Source: Amphiscolops sp. MND2022 (taxonomy: Eukaryota). From it: DNA of 64,000 nt. The DNA lies in the NCBI GenBank assembly GCA_964187785.1, contig OZ076409.1, positions 39,620,001 through 39,684,000 on the forward strand, in the 5' to 3' direction. Position 1 is the first letter of the stretch. Each line of letters begins with the position of its first letter. Position numbers and translations under genes: made by a program. Under the pieces are notes generated by a model. The model worked only from the letters and a program-made list of their open reading frames with translations, searched no databases and had not been told where the DNA came from. Below are positions 25,503-35,448 of the stretch, one piece after another.

Positions 25503-26479
25503 ATTTTGTGTATGTTACTTGCGTTTTCGGATGGGTGGCGTGATAAGTAATCTGCGATACCCATTGTTCGACCTGGTGCATGAACTACAGTGAATTGAAA
25601 CGGTAGTAAGCGGTCTACCCACCGCGTTAATCTTGACGAATAAGTTCTATTAGCTCGATTATCGCGTAGGATAGTTGTCAACGCCTTATGATCTGAAACT
25701 ACCTCGAATTCGGTGCCGTATACAAAATTTCTAAAATTATTGGTCGGATTCCAGCTGCTGATACTTTGTATCCCAATTATTCAGTCTGGATACTTTCAGC
25801 ATCCACTGCTTTTTGAAGTTGGAGTGGTACTCGTCTACCTTTCTGTTGAGTGATCTTCGCTCCTACTTTAAATTCGATCTTTATACTGTGGCCGGCAATT
25901 TTTCCTTTACGTGAAAAAATGTTGGGAAACTTTTGCTGAATGCGCTTTAAGTCTGGCGACAATTCAACTTTATTTTCAACTTTACTTTGCCACTACAAAG
26001 ATGTCCCACCATTTTTCCCATTCTAGTTTAGGGGGGGGGCACTGTGCTGATCCCAGTATGGTGGCAATCCCGCCAATGCTGACGGACCGCTGGTTGCTGC
26101 CCTTCCGTTGGAGTCCATAATATCTCGCAGCGCCATGTTGTAGCTGGCAATGTTCAGATGAAAACAATGTAGTGCAAGCAATACTGTATTCTAGATTAGA
26201 CCATGTGGTTAATGGTCTTCGAGATTATTCTTTTGATACAGTTTGTATTTATTAACAACTAGCAAATTGACATTTTAAATTAACTGCTCTTTTTGATTTG
26301 GAGTTCGGTTCGAGGTGCCCTCTCACAGCCTGCCTCTGAAAACTCTAACCAATCGAAACGAATTATTTTATCAAAATTTACCATATTTTAATGTCAGGCC
26401 GAATTTAACTGATTGTCAGAATGTTCAAAAACGGCATTCAATTGAGCAATATTTCCATGACAATAATAGGGTATATTAG

Positions 26480-26935
26480 ATTTTAAATATCGACGTACTA
26501 CCTACCCCCTTTGGTAGTTGTTTTCTTACAGTTTAAGATATGTATATGGTTTCCACGACACATGTATAAAGATATGGTCTTACTTTCCACAGTCGCTTTC
26601 GTGGCCATCGAACAGTGAATGCTATTTTGGTGGAAACCAGGACAAAAGTCAGATTTGAATATTGACGTACTACCTACCCCCTTTGGTAGTTGTTTTCTTA
26701 CAGTTTAAGATATGTATATGGTTTCCACGACACATGTATAAAGATATGGTCTTACTTTCCACAATTGTTTTAGGACCATTCAAAAACAAGCTCATTCGTT
26801 GAATGCTAATAAAAAACTGGCAGTTGATAAACATATGCCATATTTTGATGACAAGACAGTTATAAATAAATGCCACATTTTTAAAATAATGCCATGTAAA
26901 ATTGTTTTCAATCTTTTCGTGTTTTGACGTACTAC
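26480..26935 (+). repeat. 199-bp-family array, 173-bp deletion variant
   Basis: Same core; the spacing between units is 173 bp. Confidence 0.9.
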
Positions 26936-27662
26936 TGATGGAGCAATACTTGTTGGAAGATAGCAGAACTTAGAAACTATACAGGAAAGTGTAAGGCAAC
27001 AGCAACTGAATATCTGAACTTTATCGATGTCTAAAAATGTTGGCAGGTGCTAGTAATTAAAGTTTTCACACATATTCGTTTTGTCTAACACTAAGATTAA
27101 CTTTCAGTGTCAATCTATCACACTCTCCATTTTTTGGACAAAACTTGTTGGGAAACTAATTTCTCATCAATTTAAGTTCACTTATGTTTCAAATGTTATC
27201 GGTATCACAGGTACTCATTTCAAGTTACATGACTTCTCAAAGTGTTCAGGATTTTTTAATGTTTTTCAGTTTCAAGCTCTCTTGGGCTCTCATTCGTTTT
27301 GTTCTACGCCCGCTTTTCCACCATCATCGACATTCATTACGACGTCGATCCCATTTCTAGTGATTTGAATGGTTGATCACCTTTTTGCTTTCTCGCCGTC
27401 TTTGACTGTTGTCGCTCACTCTGTTTACTTTCCACTCTAAGTACATGTACCGAGTACAGCGCACGCGACAATTTCATCAATTTCGTCATTTCCAACGGCG
27501 TTGTTTCTTCTGAAATAGCATTAATTCAAGTAATGGTATTTACCGTAAGCCAATCGTTCCAAGATTTTTCCGCCTTCACTGTGTTTCCTTTTATTTCACT
27601 TGGCCCAAAAAGAAACCACTCATGAGTATCATACCAGCAAATAATTCTAATTCGTTAATTGA

Positions 27663-28319
27663 GTTTTTCGCCTCAAAATCCGTTTAAAAAATCTTGACGC
27701 AAATGACACTGGTTTCCATTCTTGGTTATATTGCTGTTGCAGCGTCGCTTATGATTCTAATTTTCTAATTCGTTTAAAATGTGTCGCAGCGCCATGTTGG
27801 AGCAATACTTGTTGAGTAAAATTGCAAAATTGCGTATTATATTACACAAATATTCGTATTTTCAAGTTTAGTACCAGTTTTGAACAAACTGCCAGATCAT
27901 CACAATCTGCCATTATTTGATGACTTGCTTCATTTTTGGTACCAGTCACGAGTATCTTTATTCGTACTTCTTGGATTTTTTGTGTCAATCCGTTTTTCGC
28001 TTCAAAATCCGTTTAAAAAATCTTGACGCAAATGACACTGGTTTCCATTCTTGGTTATATTGCTGTTGCAGCGTCGCTTATGATTCTAATTTTCTAATTC
28101 GTTTAAAATGTGTCGCAGCGCCATGTTGGAGCAATACTTGTTGAGTAAAATTGCAAAATTGCGTATTATATTACACAAATATTCGTATTTTCAAGTTTAG
28201 TACCAGTTTTGAACAAACTGCCAGATCATCACAATCTGCCATTATTTGATGACTTGCTTCATTTTTGGTACCAGTCACGAGTATCTTTATTCGTACTTCT
28301 TGGATTTTTTGTGTCAATC
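27663..28319. repeat. 329-bp tandem duplication containing an LTR end and PBS (minus strand)
   Basis: Period 329; each unit reads ...tgctccaaCA TGGCGCTGCGAC on the minus strand. Confidence 0.85.
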
Positions 28320-28419
28320 AAAACAATTTCCTTTGATATAAAATTGAATTAATTTAAAATGATTATTCAAAATCAGCGGACCAATCAGAGAGCAGCGGCA
28401 AAAGTGTCATTATAGCAGC

Positions 28420-28574
28420 AGTGTTGGCGTGGAATCCAGGACAAGCACTGTCGTGGAATCCAAGAAACGCTTAACATCAAAGAGAAATTTTGTCCTGGAT
28501 TCCACGACTTTTCTCAATTTTCGTGTCCCGGATTCCACGAAAATCAGCGAAAAGCTTGCCTGTGCACTGTAATG
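28420..28574. mobile_element. Right terminus of a CACTA/CMC-like element
   Basis: Ends gcttgcctgtgcactgtaatg, identical to the right TIR of 47025-47329; gtggaatccaggac subterminal motifs in both orientations. Confidence 0.8.
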
Positions 28575-29230
28575 ATGGGCTACTATTTATGGTTTCTCAT
28601 AATACAAACTGCTCATTTAATTCCTCATCCAAAAGATTCTGGAAGAGAAGAGAGAAGGGGGGGAAAGGACTAAAAGTCCTTTTGTGATCTCGGTGACAGA
28701 CTTTAATCAGAGTATATGTATTGCTTCTGAGATAGCACACTATTAACTCTAATGTTTGCACCGCTTTCCATTCAACTTTGGACTCAGTGTCCGCGCGCCT
28801 TTATTTGGTATACGAATAGCGTCGGTTTGGCGGCATATGGCCTTTGAGTCCTTTAATTTAGAATACAGCACAGGAATGAATGAGCAAGTAAGTGAATAGC
28901 GTGCTGTGATTGGTTGAGAGATTGGAGGTACAGCGCGTTCAGCGAGACAGGCGAGGAAACATTTGAACTCGTTTCCTCTACCTGTACGCCTTGGTGTCCA
29001 ATTTCTCAACTGCTGTGCATATCTATCATAATTTTACATGTATTAATACATCAGATTCAACTTTCAAATGTATATTTTACATGACAATTCCCGAATAATG
29101 ATCACAAAGTGTTTCAAATTTGATAATATAAAAGCTCCAAGTAAAATGTTGTGTATGTAAAATCAATCATAGTAGAATGAGTTTATAGTTCATCTTCTGT
29201 GGCTTTTGGACTGTTAGTCCTTTCTTCAGT

Positions 29231-30040
29231 TTATTGGAAGCGTACCGGGAGAGTACCATAGTTGTATCCGACCGAATACCAGTTGCCATCGCAGGCGGCA
29301 GCCCGCGACACTCCCCCTGGCATAAGCAGAAAAGCGCCAGCGTTCATGCCATCTAAAAACGTTCTCCTCCTTGCCTGAGTCTCTGCTAGAGTCTCTCCTA
29401 CTGTCACCGTTCTGTCCAGGTATTCGTTGACGGTTTCTTCCTGGATTTGTTGTACTGGCTTCCCGCGTATTATGCAGTCCGAGTAACCGACCAAAGAGGA
29501 CGATTCAGCTAAGGCCATATAGATGAAATGACTCGCCACTGCTTCCATTGACGTAGATATAGAGGATGGTGAATTGTCACGAGAGCCACAGAGGTATCGG
29601 GGTCCTCTGTCCTGTTCGGGCGGCGATAGCGGGGTGTCCACTTGTGGCACTAGGTTGCGGCAGATACTTATAGGGTGGTTAGATTTGATCCTGTTGTCTC
29701 GACTCACGGGCCCATTTCCTCTTGCTAGATCGAATTACTTCTCCCTGAAAGTAGGAAAGGGCGGCACATTAGGTCTGGGTGTCACGGGTCTTTTCTGCGT
29801 CGGATTAGCTGAGGTAGACGGAATCAAGATGGGTTCTGCTAGTTGTCTTTCAATACATCTAGCCATGAGCTTAACCTCTTCAATTTCGTCTTCTGACGAT
29901 AAATACAAATCGTCTACGGAGCACGAGCTGAGGACTTCCATCTCTTCCTCAACGCTGGACATATAAATAATTGCGGATTCCCACTCAGCTTTCGCTGCGC
30001 CGATGAAGTCCATCGGGAAAGTCTCAGTGACGTCGGACAT
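29231..30040 (-). pseudogene. Extra sense-strand ORF of the Gypsy element, unknown function, disrupted near 29735
   Basis: Consecutive ORFs 30040-29735 and 29707-29231 with protein-like composition; runs through the PPT and stops inside the LTR. Confidence 0.55.
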
Positions 30041-31336
30041 GGCTCGTTTTTTGAAGATTTTCTTCGCAATCTTGACTAGTTTTCAATTGAGAAACAGCTG
30101 ATTTTCAACAGAGAAATTGATAGAATGGCGGTTTCAGTTTCCGCGGACCGTGAGTCTCTTCGTTTCTCTTTTAGCGGGGTTTTACATTCCCCGGTAAATA
30201 AATTCTCAATAACAAAATTCCGTCGCCTGAGTCCTTTCATCATGCCGCCGAGCAACTTTATAATCGCCGACATCGGCTTTATTGACTATCATCAGCTAGG
30301 TTAACACTTGTAAGTTAGGAGAGTTGCCTCAAGTGTTTATTAACACTCATCAGGTACTTGAGAGTTTCGAGGAGGTGAAGTTATGGCAGTTAGCCACGCC
30401 GTCCACCAATAATGTGATCAGCCAATAGGAATGCAGCAAGATTTCTTCCAAGTCAAAATGGCTCCCCAAGGTCAAAAATCCATATAAGGAATAATATGAA
30501 ATGACCTTGAAAATAAAGTAAAATAGAATAAAATAAGATAAAATCATGAAATAATTTTGTAAAATAACAAAGTTTTCAAAATAAATGGGGAAATGTAGAT
30601 ATCGCTGGCAGACTTTATCCACATAACGCCAAACATTGTAAATAACCGTAAATTTGACACCAAACTGTATAGCCACGAACTCCAATTTTGACATCTTGTC
30701 ACATTGCCGATTCGCCTTTCAATTCTTTATCATTCAATTCTCTCACTTTATTCTTCATCTCTTGTATTATCCAGTATTTAATCATCGTCGTATTTATCCA
30801 TCTTATATTTAGTCGATAGTTAGTTTTGAGTCGCATTTTAATTGTATCTCATAATTCCACAATCTTCTAAGGACTCAGCGTCCATTCGTCCCTGTCCTTG
30901 TGGATTTTCCAGATTTCCTCGGACAATCGACATCCAGTCCCAACTCTGACCGTTATCGATCAAATCCAGCTGTTAGCCTTTCTCCCACGAAACTTCGCCA
31001 ATCAAATCCCAGGAACGTTCTAGTGGCTTTTAACAGTTGCATTTACGACCCAAATTCCTCTGCTGCAGTGAGCTTCCTCTTCAGATTGACACCCCTTTTT
31101 GCAATAGCTGGACTAAATCTGACTCATTCACAATACCAGGTAAGCTGATGTTCTTTTGAATTTGAATAGGAATTAGGTTTGATCAGGGCTCTAATCACTT
31201 TCATAGACTTTCTGTCCACTTAACACAAATGTTCACGAGTGTTCAAACAAATTTACTTCCGGAAGATTTCTTAGCGCGGTAAATGGATTTCAATTCAGGA
31301 AGGTTCCCGCTTGATCTTTTCTCTTTCTATTTAGAC

Positions 31337-34300
31337 ATGTCATCAGAGGACGTAACAGAAAAGAACACCCTACAGCTTCCCAGTACTGCAGAAAATGAAC
31401 AGCCAGCAAATTCAAGTCAGGAGGTAACAGTAGTGAGACAATCCAGCGTCCAAGCAGTCTCTAAGGTAGGTTGCGAAGCACCTACTTCAAGTCCTTCCAC
31501 TGGAGAGAGTGTCAGCAATTATGTTGAACGAAAGCTCCAAGAGATGGGCCAGCAACCGGAGGCGCAAATCCTTCCTCCCTTGGATGCCGAGAAAGAAAGC
31601 TTACCCCAGCTCCAGAAATCCCGAAGACGTCCGTGTCTGACGCCATCATCAAAGCCTTCACCACCGTTGAAAGTTTCCCAGAAGACGGGATGGACGTCGA
31701 CAGGCCTGAAGAAGAAATGAGTGAGACGGGCCGATTCAAACTCAAGGCGGACTTCTTCCAAACTGACACAAGCGAGGTCGAAGATATATATGATAGTGCG
31801 GGAGCTGACACTACGGCTAATAGGCCTACTCTAATTGCCTCAACACTCGTCGATCCTGACGCTTCAGGTCCGGAAGACCTAGGAGGAGGCCAAGTTGATG
31901 ACATCTCCAGTTTGGTAGCGAGAGCGCGCCTTCCCAAGGACACTTCCTCCCTCACCGTACCAGGGCGAGCTTTACTCAAGAAGTACTTTGCCGAAGCCCC
32001 GCCAGTCCGACTCCCACTTGGGCACCGCACCTTAGCCCTTAGTGAGCCCCAAGTCCACACGCTACTGAAAGTTGTGTCAGATGAGGCAGTTGCGTCATCT
32101 CTCCGTACAGTCCAGGCGTTGGTCAGTGATACCCTGAGAGCAGGAGGACGTCTATATAGTAATGGAGTCGTTCCTGGAGGGGCCAGCCAAGCTCGTAGCC
32201 TCTCTGAGAGTTCTGGGGATGATCCAAGTCGGGGGGCTACACCACGGATGGTTACACTAGTGGGGCACTCAGCTCTGATGATGAGTTTTTCGCGAGACAA
32301 GTCAGGCCCCTCTCGGAATCGATCAACAATCAGCCCCCAATACCTGCCCAAACCAGACCAGAAGGGATGGCTCCAAGTCCCGGATTCACTGCTTTAGACT
32401 ACCAGCCTCTATCACAGCTATGCTCAACTCCGGAGGGGCCAAGTCCCTCGAGACCAGCTCGGAAACGGCGACGGCTGGCATGTTCCACCGGCAAGGTCAT
32501 GAAAGAGGCCTACTTAAATGGCATCAAATGGACTAGGACCTTCGTAACAGGCCCACTAGACCCTGAACATAACAGGCATAAGTTTTACTGCCAAATTTGC
32601 AAAACTAACGTTTCGATCTTCTCAAAAGAGGCACGAGAGATCATCAGGCACTACCAGACAGAATCGCATCTTCGCAAGGATCAGCGTTGGCGATTTGAGC
32701 ATCTACGTATCGCTGATAAAATCATTGGTCAACTAAAGCACGAAGTCCGTGGCAAAGACGGACATGTCCTAACTGCTCTTGAATTGGAGAAAGAAAAGCC
32801 ACTGTTTGAGAATGCCGTCTTGGTGGATATCGGGGACAAACACCCGTTCTATGACGATTAGATGGCTGGAATCACCTCTTCGTCGAGCTTCGAAGAGATC
32901 AAGCTTTGCACGCAGATGTCTCTGATTAGGTACTTCGTCCCTCGAGGTGGAGACGTTCTCGTTTTACAATCTTTGTGAAACCAAGTGAGCGTCGCAGCTA
33001 ATCATAAAGAGCCTTTCTTGCCGCTTGACTGGGCGGCAACAACATTGACCGTAAGTATCTGTTCACTTTGGGGTACGGGTTGTTAGGCGTTGCAATTCCT
33101 AGCTCGTTTCAATTTGCTCAGTCTCCTTTTGATTTCAGACTATCTTCCACCAAATCTTCCTCCGTGGCGTGAGCGACCTTGCCCACCATGTGAACAATTC
33201 GGGCAAGTACTCCCTTGAATTTGACCCAGTGGGATTGTACTGCGAGGTCTCTATTCGCTTCTGGAAAGGAGACAATCTGACTACTGTTAAGCTCATGCGC
33301 TACCGACTAGCCAGTGAGCACGCTGCAGGAATGTTGACCGCTGTAACCCGAATCCTTTCTTTCCTGTCTGTGCAGCCGCAGTTGGTCAGCGTATCAAGGT
33401 GTGCTTCTGAACTGATCCCTATACTGGAACAGTCCAATCTTCTGACCAAAGGGATCCACTAGCCTTTCCGGTTCGATGCCTTCTCACTAACCAAGATCAT
33501 GCATCAGAGGTGGGGGAGTGTTATTGGAGGCATAAATTTCTTTTCCCAGCTTCGTTTCTTGGTTACCTTCCTTGATGGGTGTCAGGACCAAGTCTGGGCA
33601 GCACAGTCGCCAGAACTTAGCAAGGTAAAAATAAGGTTATCCCCTGGGAGGTAGTGACTAGGTGGGTGCGATTTTCTGTGTTTTTTATTTAGGCAATTTC
33701 GACATGCAAGCTGGAGATTACATCTATCCCCACAATCTGCTCCGAGCTGCTGGCCGACTGGAAGGCCGTTCGTGACCACATGACCCGTACTGCTCCCACA
33801 CAGGAAAATCAGGGTGTCCGGCATAGGGCCCAGAGCCTCGAGTGGAGCATCATTGGAGACGGATTTTTCCACCTCAAGCTTGAGTTCTTTGGCCGGATTG
33901 TCCGTGATTGTTAGTATTTTTCTCCTTATCCTACTGGTAGCGCTAAGTCCAGATATCTGCAGGTTTTCACATATAGGCAGTTCTTGAATTGGTCTAGAAG
34001 GATTGGAGATCTATGTATCCCCTACTGGTGTAGCTTGAGTAATATTGTTGTTTTGCAGATGTCAAGGGCTTTGAGGGAAGTTTGTCGCGGCGAAGGATTC
34101 CGGCTTCATTACATATCGGGTATTGCGGCAATTCATTCGGAAGCTGTGCTACAGGTCATTGCTCCCCAAACATTCGCCTGATGAGTCGGATTGGTCAGGA
34201 TTGTTTGCCTTGCAAGGACAAACTCTCACACAGCTCTCTAGTTGGGATTTCTTCCACCGACTTAAGTTGAAGGGAGATTTGGACGCAGCCTGCCGAACCC

Positions 34301-35211
34301 GAGCCAAGCAAGAAGTAGACGACCCGGAAAGTGTGCACAAGGATCTTGAGGCAGCAGTCGAGTCAGTCAAGGAGGAGTTCGTCGTCAAAGCACGTAATTA
34401 CCTGGTCTTCCTGCTCGAGCGCTTCCTAGACGACATCAGTTTTAACTCTGACATTGTTAGGGGAATGAGTTGTTTCGACCCTGTGGTCCTTCTGTCAGTC
34501 TCTTATGAGGAAGCAGCCGCCTGTTTTTCAATCCTTTACAACTCTTTTAGTCTTCGTGAGTGGATGGTCATTACTCCTGAGGTCGAGGCTCGGGACGAAT
34601 ATCTTGAGTTTCTGGATTTCTTTCGGAACAAGTATGCAGATTTCCGTGATGCCCCTGAGACCTTCACTAATATGGTTGACTTGCTTTCCCCTATGCCTGA
34701 GCTGCGATCCCGCAAACATCTCTTCTTTCTGTTTCAATTAAGCTGTCTCTGTTTGACATCCCATCTTCCTCCTCTGCCTGCTATCAAGTTTCAAGGAGTG
34801 GACAGTAGTGACCCTCGTTGCCGATTATCCGACGTCATACTTCCTGCCCAGTCCTATCTTTCCCACGTAGCTGGGTCAGTCGCCGTGTGTACCACTGAAG
34901 CCTGTTTGGATAAGTATCGACATCTTGAGTCTAGCTTTGCCGAAGGGAATGTTGCTGGAGATCCCTGGGCTCATGTAGATAGCTTCGGTAAAGTCACCTT
35001 CCAGAAGGCCCTCATTTCTGCACAAAAGGCTCTACAAGAAAAACCACGGGCTACACGTCGGTCTCCAGCTTCATCTGTTTCCAGTGCTGGGGGGCGAACA
35101 CGCATCCGGTCTCCAGATAAAAACAAAAAGGGAGTGAAGTTTGGAGCTACTACTTTCTCTGAAGCGCCTGCTTCCGGTGAAAACTTGTTGCCGGGAAGCT
35201 CTAAAAATTAA
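31337..35211 (+). pseudogene. Antisense spliced cargo gene: BED/TTF-like zinc finger plus hAT-transposase-derived fold, with frameshifts and stops
   Basis: Candidate GT-AG introns ~31140-31333, 33051-33138, 33625-33692 and 33963-34058. Motifs W..D..KFYCQICKTNVSI..IIRHYQTESH; KYSLEFD..VSIRFW..AAGMLTAV; FLLERF..DIVRGMSCFDP. Confidence 0.7.
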
Positions 35212-35448
35212 ATGTACATAGTGTGCATTTGTTTTGTAGTTGAGTGATTTTGTATTTATTATTGTAATTGTGCTTCCGTTACTTGTTGTATAATTTGACG
35301 TTTTTTGTTGTATTTCTAGGCCATCTGGTCTGTTTTGATGTTGTCTTCATTTATATGTATATATAAAGTCAGTAAGGTCCGATGGAAAAAATAGTAAGGG
35401 AGTTTGTCCGTCCGCAGGACTAATCTGGACGTTAATTTACATATCTGA

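Larger units (their letters stand above)
21284..26327 (-). mobile_element. Bounded but internally deleted Mag-like LTR retrotransposon with 5-bp TSD GCCTG
   Basis: gcctg at 21279-21283 and 26328-26332. 5' LTR 26327-26137 is followed by PBS TGGCGCTGCGAG (tRNA-Ser-like). PPT acggaggga precedes the 3' LTR 22243-21284. Gag start, RT scraps, RNase H, integrase ORF 24941-23628, tail ORF 22982-22452. Confidence 0.92.

Noticed and set aside
2604..26935. CRISPR-like reading of the 199-bp repeats separated by transposon fragments
   Set aside because: The repeats are long, tandem and in both orientations, the intervening segments are irregular and partly duplicated, and there are no cas genes. Nested insertion plus deletion explains the pattern.
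31512..32351. 279-aa minus-strand ORF
   Set aside because: Antisense shadow of the GC-richer plus-strand cargo gene.
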